DNA of 64,000 nucleotides from Amphiscolops sp. MND2022. Lineage: Eukaryota. The stretch's first letter is position 1. The number at the start of each line of letters is the position of its first letter. The notes beneath the pieces are model-generated. The model had not been told where the DNA came from, did no database searches, and worked only from the letters and a program-made list of their open reading frames with translations. This document shows positions 13,310 through 27,030 of this stretch, in pieces. The DNA lies in NCBI GenBank assembly GCA_964187785.1, contig OZ076415.1:66526001-66590000 (forward strand). The letters run 5' to 3'. The translations under genes and the position numbers were made by a program.

Positions 13310-13730
13310 CGTGGAGAATTATATTGATGTTTTGATTCGTGAAGTGGTTGCAGAGCGTGGCGTACCAAGTAGACAATAGATTGGTCGATTGTTCCGGGTC
13401 GTAAATAGGTACGTGAAGATGTGTGATATTGTGTTGATGGAGTTGCTAGAGGAGGTAGGTGAGACATCCTTGTACGGTGTCATGTAGTAGTGGAAGTTTG
13501 TTGGAAGCCCTGGTGCATAGGAGAAAAGTTTGGTTGTCCCAAGGAGTAGTGGGAAAATGAGCTAGGCGTAGAGCTGTACCAACTGAGGGTTTTGAACGGA
13601 AGATATGTTCCTGGCCATATTCACGGATGATATAACGAGTTGTTGCAGAATAAGATAACAAGTCGGCTGGACAACATAGCACGATGGTGCCTGGGGCCCG
13701 TAAGATATCCGTGTTGGAATAGGTTATCCA
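13310..13730 (-). pseudogene. Degenerate TARG1/OARD1-like macrodomain at the end of the element A integrase extension
   Basis: WITYSNTDILRAP..IVLCCPADL..IREYG..KPSVGTAL..FLLCTRAS..VQGCL(stop)..HNITHLHVP..NINIILH follows the OARD1 motif order; in-frame TAG at 13446-13448. Confidence 0.6.
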
Positions 13731-15795
13731 CGGTACGTAGTTTGGCCTGGTCTTGGACTGCGTTATGAGCCACTTTCCCACAGGGTGATCGTTGGTGTCA
13801 ATTGTCTGGGGTATCAGGTGTTCGAAGATTGCTCGGCGTTCTTCCCATACTGTGCGACGTAAGGGGCGGTCGCCCATGTTGATACATGACCAGTCGTGTA
13901 CTATGGAGAGGGCTTCGAGGGCGGTGATGGGCGCCTCTGGTACATAGGTTAAACGATCCAAGACGTGATTTCTTGCCTGGCGGCACAAAGTGATGGCTAT
14001 TAGCTGTAACCAATGTTGGCTCAAAAACTTTCCGCGATAAATGTAAGCTAGGTGGAAACAGAGAGTGTCATTTGCTTCAACTAGGGTACGCAGATTTTCG
14101 AGGCATATTAATAGTGTCGTGGGGAAATGAGAAAAGATTGATCGAGTGAAGTGACCAAGAGCCACCAACTTTGGGTTGGTTGGTATACGTCGCCCGGATG
14201 GGAGACTACGTGATACTTCTCCCATAACTGGTGCGCAGTGATACAACGAATCATTTGTATGTTGGTGCACTTCTCGTCTAGTTCACCAAAAGTGATTGAA
14301 GGTGGTAGAGGGGGAATGATAGCTGCCAGTGTGAACTCCAGTCCGCCGCATTCGGAGGAACTCCATTCTTTGAAGCGGTAGGTAGGGCAGTCAGAGGGGG
14401 AGGAGTCATGCATGGCTCTCAACGTAGCTTCAAAGGGCGGTATGACACCGGATTGTATACTGGTATAAGTCTTTTCTATAGTCACAATGATGTGGCTTAC
14501 TATTGGTGGGGATTCGTGTTCTTGACATTGGGCTTGCACAGCGAGGATCCGATGTTGTGGTTGATCAGGCATACGAGCCAGAGTGAGTTCACAGGTTGGG
14601 ATTACCGCTCCCCGGGCCAATCGAAGGTCGGGAGGCTCTATGATAATCTGGTGGGCGCAGGTGCAGTTACGGGAACCGCAGGTTCCACATTTGTAGCGTG
14701 GTGCTCGATTCGCTTGCAGTTGGTATCGGGGTACCTGTTGTGAGGTGTTTTCGCGTGAGTTAGAGCGGGCTGGTGATTGACTTTCGGGAGCTTCAAGCAA
14801 TGTCATGGCTCTATCATGAGTTCCGGGAAGGGCTCTAGTGGAGAGTCTTGTTCTGGGACCTGTTTTGGGTCTAAATGGCGGTTTCCTGGATGATGTTGTG
14901 CCTTTTTTAGAGGGGGTGGTGCGGTTATTTTTGCGACCAGGAGGTCTACCTCGTGTTCTTCCTCGTTCACTTCTAGTAGATGGTGGTATAGGGGGTGGGA
15001 GTGTGTCAGAGTTCTGACTTTCCTGCTCTGCACTGGCGTTTTGCAACTGTCCTGGCAGGGCCAGGGGTTCTTGTTTACTTGGTTCAAATAGGGGGAAATT
15101 GCTCAGAGTGTCAGTGAGTGAAGGATTGGACAGCAACGGAACTGAAGTTCCTGAGGGGGAAGCTATCAAGCTCTTGTTTGGTGTTTCTGGTTGGGTTTCT
15201 TCTTGATCGGAGAGTAGAGGCTCCAAGTCGTCGACTTCTGGGGAGTCGGGAATACTAGCTGGGGAGTCGGGTGTTGGTTCGGAGGCTCCGTCGCTGTTGG
15301 TTCCGAATCAGAGTCGGATGGGTAAAGGGCAGTTTGCGTGCGGGTCTGGATAGTTCGTGGGGGAACTGGTCTGGTTGGTTCCAATTCGAAGGAGGCTTCT
15401 GGGAGTTGTTCTGGTAGGAATGAGTCTCGGGAGATATGCGAGGCGATTTCTTCATTACTTTCTTCCACGTATGGGTCGGCTATGATGGCTACGTTTTGAT
15501 CCAGACCAAAAAGTTGATGCGTGGCCCAGTCCCAAAGGGCGGGTACGTGTTTTTTTGGCCTTTCACAGTGAACTTTTTGACCAGTATCAAGTACGTAAAG
15601 GCGTCCGTCTTGCCGCACGTCGGTTACTTTATGTGGTCCGCGCCATGCGCGAATTAGTTTGCGGGTGCCTCCCTTGGAGATTATGTGGCAGAAGACCCAA
15701 ACAGCGTCACCGACGGCGTGTGCTTTAGCTTTGAGGTGGCGGTCGAATTTCAGTTTTTGTCTGAGTTGGGCTTGATGGGTGTTTCTTCTGACCAA
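13731..15795 (-). pseudogene. Element A integrase C-terminal extension (GPY/F motif, Pro/Ser/Thr-rich linker, CxxCxxxxCxC motif)
   Basis: ORF 15166-15795 has WRGPHKV; ORF 14108-15226 has YKCGTCGSRNCTC; frameshift-linked to ORF 13446-14270. Confidence 0.65.
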
Positions 15796-16874
15796 CTGTG
15801 AATTTCTTGTTGTCTAGCGGGTAGGTGTTCCACAAATTCTACCTTTGAGTCAAATCCTCGCGCTGCGAATTCTGGGTATATGAATGACAGTGGAATGGAT
15901 TTCTCGGAACCGTGGTGAAGCATATATGGCGAGAATCCTGTCGTGGCGTGCCGAGTTGAATTGTAGGCACCCAACACTCCATCAATGTGTTCATCCCAGT
16001 CTTGCATTCTGCGTGACGTGTAGACTCTTAGTAAGGTAAGCAAAGTTCTGTTTTGTCGTTCAACTAGGCCATTGCCTCTAGGGTGCTCTGGTGTAGATGT
16101 TACTTTGGTATCTTGCAATGCTTTCATAAGCTCTTGGGCTATTTCAGCAGTGAAGTTCGTTGCGTTGTCTGATTGCATTCGTGCTGGGGTCCCATGTCTG
16201 GCAAACCATTTGTTGAGGATGATTTTGGCCGTGGTCTGCGCGTCATGTTCGTCATGGGCACATGGGATGGCTTCAGCGAACTTGGTGATGTGATCAATTA
16301 TTACCAGCAGCCCCGTGTTGCCCGAGGCAGTCTTGCAAAGTTTTAAGTGGTCGAATTGCACCAAGTCGTTGAAATTGCTGCTGTTTATGTTTTGCAGGGG
16401 TTAGCCAGGATTTCCTGCCGGGTGTTTGGCTTGCTGGCATGTCAAGCATCGTTTGATGTGGTTTACGACATATCGTTTGATGCCCGGTCAAGTGTGTCGC
16501 TCTTGTATCCTTGCCAATACTTTTTCTACGCCTTGATGTCCGGATTCATCATGCGCTCGGTAGAGGATTTCGTGTTAGAAAAGTTGTGGCATGACGATCA
16601 TGCATAGGCGTACGTGTAGTGCACGTTGTTGAGGAACGTAATTGACACAGAGTATGTCATCAGTGTTCAAAAAGAGCAGGTCCTTCTTTTGGTTGTAATA
16701 TCGTTTTGCGAACTCTTGCACTTCGTCTGGGAATACTGGGTGTTCTAAGGATTCATTTTTCATGACCTTCCTTAATGCGGGGAGGTGCACATCTCTACTC
16801 TGAGCCATGTGCAGGTCCTTCAGACCATACTTTGTCAGATGATGTTCGTGGAGTTCTACGCCAATAGTTCTCAA
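15750..16874 (-). pseudogene. pol: Element A integrase core (frameshifted)
   Basis: VQFDH..IIDHITKF..MQSDNATNF..GNGLVERQNRTL (D,D-35-E). Confidence 0.9.
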
Positions 16875-17062
16875 GATTTCTGCTTGTTTTTGACACTCGG
16901 TGGGGAGTTCATTTAGTGTTTAGTCGGCGGTATCTATGCGCGCCGGAGGCGCTCTAGTTTTTATACTCATGATACAATTTGGTCTTTGATTGTCTTCGAG
17001 GATTGGATCTGAGGATACCAAGGAATTTCTCCGGGTGGCTCTTCTTGGGTGTTGTCTTTCCG

Positions 17063-19218
17063 TTACTTTTTCAGGATATATAACAGGGGTAATTGCACCC
17101 GAACTTCTGGAGGAAGGTCTGGATGATCTGGGATAGGATGGCCATGTTTATTGAAGTATGGTACTGTGGGAAGGTCGTTGTAGTCTTCTTGTGACATGAA
17201 GTTGAATCCCTCGCTCACTTCGGGCAACTTCTCTAAGATTTGCTCGCAGTGAATGTAATCATTGGTCCTTTTGCTGAGTCCGTCGGCGTTACGGTGCTGC
17301 GTGCGGGGCCTATGGACTGTCTTGAAGTGGTATTGATCTAAGCGCGCGATCCACCGGCCGATCATGGATTGGTCCATAGAGTAAGTTTTTAGCCATGATA
17401 GCGCTTGGTCGTCCACGCGGAGCGTGAATTCTCGACCGGCTAGATACGAGTGGAATTTCTTAACGAAATAAAATACTGCATACATTTCTAGCTTCGGGGC
17501 TCCATAATTTAGTTGAGTTTCTGTTTGTAATTTGCTACCATAATTTATGGGTCTCAGGATGGTTTTTCCGTTGTGTTCTTGTTCTTGATGCAAGATGCCT
17601 GCTATTGCAACTGTGCTTGCATCAGTGTCTAGTACAAATCGTCCTTGCTCGTTCGGTGCAGCTAAGGTAGTTGCGTCTGCTAAGGCTTGCTTCACCGAAT
17701 CGAAGGCTTCTTAGTGTCTGCTTTCCCAGTGGAAGTGTTGGTTCTTCTTCAGGAGTTCTTGCATGGGTTGTACTTTAGCGGCATGGAATGGGACGAAGTC
17801 TCGGTAGTAGTTGGCAAATCCTAGAAAGCTTTGCAGTTCTTCTTTGTTTCTGGGGGGTGACCATTCTTGGATCTTGATTACTGCCTCTGGGTCCGGTTTG
17901 ATTCCTTCAGCGGATACTACTCGTCCCAGGTACTTTGTCTCAGTGCGCATGGAGTCACATTTCTCTGCTCGCATTTTGAAACCCGCTTCTCTGAGACATT
18001 CAAACACTTCTTTTATTCTCGCGAAATGATCTTCGACTGTTTCGGTTGCGATTACTATGTCATCAATGTAGGCCATGACGACACTTCCATGTCTTTGTTG
18101 AATGTTTTGGAGGGCTCGCCTAATGGATCGTTGGAACGTAGCTGATGCGTTGCACAGCCCAAAGGGCATGCGTTGCCATTCGAATAGTCCCAGTTCGCAG
18201 GCAAATGCAGTTTTTCTCCTGTCGCATTTTTAAGTGGTATTTGCCGGAAGGCCCGTGCCAAGTCGATGCTCGTGAAGATTTTCGCGTTGCCTATTCTTGA
18301 TAGATTTTTGTCTTTTCTTGGTAGGGGAAAGGCGTCTTTCACTGTTACATCGTTCAGTGGTCGAAAGTCACAACAGAAGCGAAGTTCGCCTGTCTTTTTC
18401 TTCACCATGACTATTCCGCTCGCCCATGGCGAGTAAGAGGGTTGGATCAAGCCTAGGGCCAATAGATTTTTCACTTCTTGATTAGCCTTGGCGGCTTTGT
18501 TGGGAGACATGCGCCTGGCGCCTTCCCTGTGGGGGATAGCCTCTGGTTCTAGCTCGATGCGGTGTTTCGCTATCGTGCATTTTCCTATGTCGGCTTTATG
18601 TTTCATGAAGAGATCATCATATTCATCTAAGATATTTGCTAGTTGATCTCTTGCACCCTCCCCCCAGGAGGAAAGGACAGATGAGGGGTCTGGGCCTGGG
18701 ATAGGTTTCAGTAATTGTGGATCCGTGTTCGCGCGTTTCTCATTCTCGCTAAGGTCGTCTTCTGATATCTCAGTGGAGGATAAAACATTTTGGGCAAAGG
18801 AGCTAAATTCAGTACTAGTGTAACTTAAGTCAACAATATTAATATTATTACCACGTTGTGCAAAAGATACTGAAAGTTTGTCAGTTTGATCGACCGGAAT
18901 TGGTCTAAACATAAAAGTTGTTGGCGCTGCCTTACCCAGAACAGTCTTGCTTTGAATTGTTAGGTTTTCGTTGGCTGTCCGGTTTCTCACGGCTAGGAAA
19001 ACCGTGCCGTCTGGTCCTACCGAGGTCAGGGTGTCTTCTGAAACAAATGAGGAGTTGTTGTGCACTCGGCTGGGGTGTATCATTACGTTGCGGAAAAGGT
19101 ATTCGTTGGGATTCTGAGTGATTACATGGGCTCTAATTAGTTTGTGCTCAAATGGGCCTAACACTACTTTTTCGGTAGGAATAACTAGGGAAGGTTCATG
19201 GTCACTAACCTCATGCAC
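17063..19218 (-). pseudogene. pol: Element A reverse transcriptase + RNase H (frameshifted)
   Basis: SPWASGIVMVKKK..RFCCDFRPLN, MPFGL..YIDD, FVLDTDAS..KLEMYA..NADGLS. Confidence 0.93.
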
Positions 19219-22200
19219 AGGTTTGAAATGGCGAGGGGTTTTGGGTCGCGAATGGTGACTCTCATCGCAGTTACGTCCACAAGGACGTTATAGGTGCGGA
19301 AAAAATTGCGGCCTAACAAGAAATGCTCTGCTCCCAAGTAGTCTGCAATGACTATGAAGGTCGTACTCAACGTGTGACCACCCAATTGGAAATTTACGTT
19401 TTCGGCTATGCCAATGGTGTTTATGGTCTTGCCGTTGGCTGCAAACAGTTGAATATCGTATGGGAGAAGACTCAAAGCGTGAGCTGAGGCTATCTTTTGA
19501 TATGCAGAGAGTAAGAGGATAGAAACTCCTGAACCTGTGTCGATCATACCATACAGTAGAATGGGTTCTTGCAAGGTAGTGCCAAAGGCAACTACCAGCG
19601 ATGCCCTTTCGTCTGTCCAAGCTTCCCCCTGTGCGTCTTGGATGCCGATGTTATAGCATCGTAGTTCTTGGCAGCCTAGGTATAGGCCTTGTGGGAAGTG
19701 TCCTTCTAGGACCACTATTGTGTCGAATTTCATGTCTACGCAGTCTACGTTGATGGCTACGGGAACCGGGGAAATTGTCTTTACCTTTTGGATGGGTGAT
19801 AGTTTGGTCTCATCCTCTCTGGTAAAGTGTGGTAATGGTCTAGCAGCGATTGTGTAAATAGTATTTCTACAAAGCTCTTCCTTTAGCTGAGCTAAAGTCA
19901 ACTCAGGGCGTGATTTTTGTTCGGCGGAGAGGAGCAAATGTATCGAAAAGAGGGTTTCGGTGCAGTCTGAGGCAGGTGCCTCTAGAGTGGTCAGCACTTG
20001 TTTGTCGCCACAAGTAATTGTTATGGGCCTTGAGGGGCATCCGGCCTCCGCTACTGAGATTACTCGGACCTGATCATCTTGTGGTGTGTTGTCGAATTGG
20101 TTAGGTTGAGGGGCATACCATGCTGCTCTAACATGTTCTTCTTGTCTGGGGTTTTCTTGGATCATGCATTCGGATGCCGTATGCTCGGTAGAGCCACAAG
20201 AGATGCAGAAAGCCATAGTTCCTTGGATTGGTAGTGAGGCTGGGTAGATGTCATTGTTTATTCCATGTGGTTGAGATGGGCAGGTCCATCCTCCGGATGG
20301 AATTGTGTGACAGGAGTTTACTTGTTGTTGCAATGGCTTCCTTGCACGATCTTTCAATGGGCAGTCTATCACGAAGTGTGATGGGTCGCCGCAGTTGAAA
20401 CATGCTCTTTGGGGTTGTTGTCGATATGGCGCAGCTTGTTGGAGCGGTGGTTGTAGGACGGGTGGTTGAGCGGGTTGGACTGGAGGGGGAACTGCCAAAG
20501 GCAATTTTGGTTGCTGATTGGGTTGTGGTTGTTGAGGGGCCATTTCGTGATTTTCTGGACGTGAGGAGCCACGCATGCGCCGGTATTGTTGAACTGTGAA
20601 GCGTAGCGCTTCTACAGTTGGAGGAGCTTCCACTTACTGCTCCGGAGCATACATTAGTGCGAGGTTTCGCTTTAGTTCAAAGTTGCGTACTCCTTCTATG
20701 AATCTTTGCATGATTTCATATCGTCGGACTGTCACTTCTTCGTTCGGGTATCCTTGGCTGCGCAAACCTTCGAGAGCGTCTAGTGTATTGCATATAATCT
20801 TCCTCGCTGTTTTGATTTCTAGTCCTGAACTGTTGTTGAAGGTGGATTTGGCTTGATCCCGTTCCGAATCGACGTGCCAACAGCGCGAAAACTTTTTCAT
20901 CAGTATCTCTTCCTGCCTCGGATGTAGTCTCTTGCTTCATTTTTTAGGTATTCGAATATTGTTCAGGCCTCGTCAAGGGGAGTTGCTTTGGGGTGTTTTT
21001 TTTCCAGATGGCGTTTCATTAACATCATCCATCCGTCAGCATTGGCGTCTTTCGTTCCCCGGTACTTTGTAGGTTTGATTTTTGATTCTTTGGCCGCTAG
21101 TAGCGGTTCAAGACCTTTCGACATTGCAGTTGATATGGCTTCCGCTAGTGCTTGTCGTTGACTTGTTCTAGGAGTGTCGGGAGTTGGGCTGGGGGTTTCT
21201 TTCATTTCGTTCTGTTCTTCCTCCAACATGCGTTTAGTTGTATGTTTACGTTGCGTGCTAGTGGCTACTGGCCGTGGTACGAAGTCCATGTATGTTTTTT
21301 GTGGCTGGTTCGTGTTTATGTTGGTCCGTGCGGTGTGGTAGTTTGATTCTCTTGTAGTCATTCCACTTGCAGGTGAGTAGTAGTCTCCAGTTGTCGGTGC
21401 GCCATGAGCATAGGGGTCGAAAGAGATGCTGGTTACGGGATCAGTGCCGACGTCACGGGATTCGGCATGAAGGATTCTTGCCATTTTGTTGGTTTTCGTA
21501 TCGGTGGCTTGATTTGCTCGATATTGGGCAGTGCTACTTTCCGATAGGTAGCTTGCGTTGGGTGTGGAGCAGTACTTGTGGATGGCAAGTCACTGAGGTA
21601 TGGTTGGACAGGTGCCAGTGGTATTATCTTCTCCTGTGCAGCGGCAGTTTGAGATGCCATTGCCTTTACTACTAGTGTCAAGTCCTACATGGTGGTCATC
21701 AAGTCTACCATGCGGGCGTCCGCGTCGGTGTCCCTACGTTGCAGTAAGTCAGTCGTGAGTTTTAGGCGCTCGTCTGCTTGACGATCCCTTTCTTTCAACA
21801 CGGCGGACATCTCGGCCATGCGGGTATCGGCTAAGTTTTCTCGCTGTTTGATTAGGTTGTTTAATGAGGTCATTGACGCTTCAAGTCTTCCTTGGTACTG
21901 ACGTCCCTCCGCTTGTATCTCCAGGAGTCCCTTTCTCATTTCATCCATATCTCTCATAATTGCGTCGGCGCGCATCGCGTGCTCACCGTTTTCTCGTGCT
22001 AGTCGTGAGTGTACTTGGGAGAGTTGAGCGAGACTACTACGAAAATTTTCTTTGACCGCCTGTGATTCCTTGCCAATTTTTGTGACAGTTGAAACTGGAG
22101 GTGTTTCTGCACTAGTCTTGGAGGTAGGCGTGTGGGTGGATAAGTCAGCAATTCCGGTGCCGAAGCTCAAGCTTCTTGGCGGGGGGGGTCTTGAAGAGAA

Positions 22201-22833
22201 ATCGCAGTGGATTTTCTTCTACTTGTGCTGGAGGGTTTTCGTCTCGGTTGTTAGATGTTTTAGTAGGCCCTGCCTGTTGAGCGCATGCGTTTATGGTGGA
22301 TATATGGATATATGGTGCTTTGGTTTTGTTACGGTCTCCCAGTTGGAATATTTAAGTGTCGTGGACCGGATGAAAATGGAAGAAGAATTTAAGAGTACTT
22401 ATGAATGGAGGCACTGAGTTTGGTGGGGCGGTGGGTACCGTGAGAGTGGCATGGTTTCGTTAGACGTTCATTTTTCACACAGATTCGAATGTCTAATTTT
22501 TTGATCTTCTATGTCTCGAAGTATGTCACTGGGGGTTTTTGAATTGGAAGATGTTTAATGGTTGGTATTATTGGTCCAATGGAATGAGGTGGGAACGGGT
22601 TTTATGCTGGTTGAATATTAGCGTTCTTTACTGGTTTGTTTTTGGGTGAGGACCGTGTGTTTTCTCGTTCGATTTCTGAAAAATTGGTGAATTTTATGTC
22701 GAATAGTACGCCTGGAAGAGGTGTAAATTACTTTCAGAGCTAGTAGCGACTCAAAAATTTCACACCGTATTTTGTACCAGTTGAATCGTGGGGAATGGAT
22801 TACCGATTGCGCAGAAATTGATTCTGTGGGCAA
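19185..22833 (-). pseudogene. gag: Element A gag (fragmented) with two CCHC knuckles, in frame with aspartic protease
   Basis: CFNCGDPSHFVIDC and CISCGSTEHTASEC, then IDTGS protease in ORF 19185-20633; upstream fragments include a coiled-coil (21685-22170) and YRGTKD..GWMMLM. Start coordinate approximate. Confidence 0.8.
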
Positions 22834-24707
22834 TTTGGTCGCTTTACAATATTTTTAGGGAATTTGACGATGTTACGAAATTCGTAAAAACTGATCAAAC
22901 TCGCGTTCTAGGCTTTCTAGCTACCTAAAATTTTGTATGCGAGCGTGATTTATCCCCACACAACAGAAGAACACGGTGGCGGGGTGTCTGGATGGATACT
23001 TGGCGATCCGAAGTGACGAAACTATGGTGTACTTGAGGGATGACCTTTTGGGGTCAAGATTCACAAAATTGTCAATTTCTCAGCTTTGGCTAGCCACTGG
23101 CTACTCAAAATGCACAAATCGTCGGGATTTAATGCCGTACGTACTAAAATGCAAGAATTTTAGTGCTGGGTTACCTGCAAGGTATAGCACTATGCTCAAC
23201 TGAAATTCGATTTTTTTGACATTCTCGTACGTTTTTTGAGCAAAATTGCGGCTAAGATTTCTCAATCAATAGTAATTCTAGCGCTACGAAAATTTCACCA
23301 CTAATGTAAGTTTTAAGGTCTACACGATGGTGCAATCCGTTTGAGGCTGCTCCTACTAGGAGAGATTTCGACTTGTGCTGGAAGCACTACTTTTGAGTTC
23401 CCAAAATGTCGCGAAAATAATGCGTTTCCGGCTATTTCTCAGCAACTAGTGGTCGGAATCACTCGCGGTTTTTTGCGTTTGCAACGTTATGGTAGGTACT
23501 AATAAAAATTATGGTAGGTACTAACAAAAGGTACGAAACCTGGTAGGTTCCAAATAATGTCTCTCAAAAAAAAATTTTACGTTACACCTTTGACACTCTG
23601 GGAACTATGTGGAAAATATGTACTTTTTAAAGAACTTTTTATTCTTTAGTTCCCAGATGATCGGGATAGTTTCGAAAGTAGTCTATCAGGGTGTAGTATT
23701 TTTCTTCAGGGGGTTGGGGTTGTTTCAATTATTAGTTTTGATGTTATAACTCTCAGGTCTATCGGGTCCTCTACTCATGTCTATGTATAACAAAAGAAAG
23801 TCAAGGGTTAAAGTGTCAATTTATATTGGGGAAAGCAAAAAATGTCTTGGTAGTAGTGTTACCTACTACCAAGCTCGACAACAAAACTTTTGGGCTTTTA
23901 AAGGGGCTTGGAAATAATGTCCAATGCCTTGCCCATGTCAAATCGGGTCAAAATGACTGAATTTGACGGTTTTTTAACGAAATTCGTTAAATTGTTTTGT
24001 TATTTTCAAAAAGTGGCCCTATAAAATTTCTTGTTCTAGACCCAGGGGGTCTGTTAGAAAGTTTTTCTTGTTTTTCCACTGGCCGTACCTTGTTTAACAG
24101 GATTTTGACTTTCAAAATTGAAAATTTCGGGGTTTAAGCTATAAATAGTGTTATTTTCGAGGTTTTCGAGCCCGAATTTTTTAACACTGATTGGAATACC
24201 CTCTGGGTATTTTTCTCAGTTAGTTATTGTGAGAATTGGCCTGGGAATACTGTTTTTGGGTCTTTAAAAGCAATAGGAGTGAAATAACCCAGCTGTATTC
24301 GTAGATTCAGCCACTGCAGGGGAGAGGGGGTGATGACGTGAAGTACCTGACGTCTTGCGCTCAGCTGGTTCGGGCGTTCACGAATTGTCCTCTCAGTCCC
24401 TGTACATTGCTGATTAGCTGAAAATAAGCTGGAAAACCCTTTAAAACACGTTCCGGATAGGCCGGAACTATTTTTCTATTAGGTACAGTTAAGGAAAAAG
24501 GGGGTGTACCGTCAGAAACAGTTAATTCTCATTGTAGACTTCAGAAATATGCGGCAAAAGCAGGAACAACATTAGTACAGAGCACAGAGGGCTGGAAAAA
24601 AAGCTATAAAAACAATCTAGGACTTTCCCTTCAGTTTTTTCTAGATCCGGACCTAACAGGGGCGGAAAGCAGGAGTTGCTCCTACTTGTACGGAAAATGA
24701 AAAATAT

Positions 24708-24723
24708 CCCTCTGTGGTCGCCA
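24708..24723 (-). promoter_or_regulatory. Primer-binding site of element A (TGGCGACCACAGAGGG, tRNA-Arg-like)
   Basis: Complementary to a tRNA 3' end ...CCCTCTGTGGTCGCCA; 16 nt downstream of the LTR end. tRNA identity recalled from typical Arg(TCG) 3' ends, not verified. Confidence 0.6.
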
Positions 24724-24739
24724 TAAAAACTATTCCAGA

Positions 24740-25457
24740 TGTAACGACCGGCGAGCGACGCACATCTAGGAAGAGGGACAATGCCTAGGATGCTTAAACA
24801 GGAGACCGTTGTCTTACTACATACCTAGACACTAGTTTTTGATCCCAAAATGGTCTCCTAGAGGGGCCTTTTCTGACGTCTAAGGAGGCTTCTCAAATTA
24901 GAGCTCCGAAGCGACGCGCCGGCACTCTCAAAGTCCGGACACGCCCCACAAGCCTGTAAAAACGTATCCTAGGTTTCTAACGTGTTCCTGCGACTTCCTA
25001 CATACTTCCGAGGTCCAAAAAAGTGATTATCTGAAATACATTGTATTTCGTACGATTTCTGCAAAACGAAGACCTAGAAGGTCAAACATGCTTTGATCAG
25101 CTGAATTTATAATAACAAAACGGGGATAGGCCCCCAAAGGGAAAACAGTTACAGTTTATTGACTTCTGTTCTGGCATCACTCTTCGTGTTTGATCGTCTT
25201 TTTGGAGAGATGGCACAACATCCAGATTGAATAGATTTTCTGCTCTTCTCTATTGTTTCTCTCTCTTCTTGCTTTCTTCTCTTTCTTCTAGCATTTTTCC
25301 ACGTGCTTCTTCATTTTTGCTCTGCTTTCGCGCACTTTTTTCATTCTTTCACGTTTTTTTGGTACCTGCTAGGTCGGCCATTTTGAATGTGCTCATTTAA
25401 TATCGCACATTTCGAATTTTTCATTGAAATTTTGTCGTGTCGGTGGTCGACGTTACA
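24740..25457 (-). repeat. 5' LTR of element A (718 bp)
   Basis: Perfect terminal inverted repeat TGTAACG...CGTTACA; PBS downstream in element orientation; no partner LTR seen. Confidence 0.7.
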
Positions 25458-25964
25458 TTTCAAAAAGAAATCGTGACAGGGTTTGTCCGAAAATTACTAT
25501 CAAACTCACTCAAACAACGTCAAATTCAATCTTTGGCACTTTTTTCCGAACGGTATTCAACATTTGAAAGATTCGGTTAGTGTGAAAGTTCAAAGAGTGT
25601 AAAGGTACTATTACAGTTTCACATAAGTTTGGTAAAAAAAAGGTCTTATTAGGTACCTAAATAGCTATTACTATTTAATACGAACCAAAACGATTGGCTT
25701 TGGTTTCGATTTTTGAATTGAATTGTTGTTTTTGTTTTTGGTGTTTTGAAATTATCCTATTTCCTAATGTGATGCAATGGTAATATAACTACATTATTTG
25801 GGACTCAATTATCGCGGGACTCAATTGTGTTTTTTTTTTGGTTTTAGTTAAAATTGGGACTCAGTTTAATTTGAGACTCAATTGCCCATTTTAGGCGAAG
25901 CGAAGCGAAGTCTACGGCCATTCGGTTTTCAGAAACAATATTCTTTTTTTTTCTGTCAAGTAAA

Positions 25965-27030
25965 GTGACATTTACCAACTTTTTCAACGTTGAGCCGTTA
26001 CTTCTCTTCCTCTATAATGGGTATGCGTTTCGCTTTTTGCTTGAAAAGTTTGAAACGGCTCTGAGCACTTTTGTTTTAAATACTAAAAGAAATTCAGGAA
26101 TTTTCGATTTGCAACAAAAACTGAAATTCTTTTTTCCAAGTAGTGACACATACTGGACCTTTGAAAACTTCAACAACTCTGTGCAAAAGTTTGATGGTTT
26201 AAGCAGCAGAATGAAGTTTCATCTCTCAAACTTTTCCAAACTTGTGCTTGCCGAGTTACCTAACCTTCATTGAAATAAAAAGGTGAAGTTTTTCCCGCTA
26301 AAAGTGGTTGACAGGAACAGCAGGTTTTTTGATCAACTGGAGGCACTTTTAGAGGGGGTGAATACTATGGATTTCGTGAAACATTACCTGAACTTTTGGA
26401 AACTCTCTTTCACCTGAACTTCTAAGCGGGATTCTTGTAACCTGGAGTTTTTAGAAGAGCTTTAAAAAGTACTGAACGTTTTAGAACTTCATTCTACTGT
26501 TTCAACTGAAACACCATTTGAGATGAAGTTAGTGAAGATACTTATGTTTGCTTTGTTTGCGTTCAAGAATTATTTTCATGGGATTCCATTGTACCTAAGT
26601 GCAGTTATAGCCCATGCTTGAGCTTCAAAGCAAAATCCCAATTTTAACATCATAAACTATTCAGACCCATTTCATACAGTAAAACTCAAAAAGACTGTGG
26701 CAAACAAATAAAAAATTAAAATCTGTTTTGTTTGCAAGTAAATCTGAGATACACTGAAGCTTTCTAGATTCTTCAAATTTGCTGCTTTTACATTTTACGG
26801 TCGATGAACTTTATGGGCCAGTACTTGTTTGAAACAAAGTTTTTTCCTTGCAAAACACCTGACCTCAGTTATTACGGATACAAACTCTCATGAATTTTTT
26901 ACCGCTTGAACAAGTTTTTTCCTTATCGGTAATAAAACATTTGGCCCTCTAACGGCAGAAAGAGGAACATCACATGTTACGTCCAGCTGGAATGCCAAGT
27001 AAGTTTTGAGTGAGAAAACTGTACTTTTAC
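25965..27030 (+). pseudogene. Highly decayed reading frame, possibly a DNA-transposase remnant
   Basis: One plus frame stays protein-like across scattered stops; GPLTAERGTSH weakly resembles the hAT dimerisation motif ..saERsFS. Confidence 0.2.

Larger units (their letters stand above)
9328..25457 (-). mobile_element. Element A: decayed Ty3/Gypsy LTR retrotransposon, 3' LTR not present in window
   Basis: LTR, PBS, gag, PR, RT, RNase H and IN in Gypsy order, followed by extra ORFs; many frameshifts and stops. Left boundary approximate. Confidence 0.9.

Noticed and set aside
23079-23105. Alternative PBS/LTR end for element A (TGGCTAGCCAAAGC)
   Set aside because: No matching inverted terminus; the TGTAACG...CGTTACA unit with TGGCGACC at 24708-25457 fits better.
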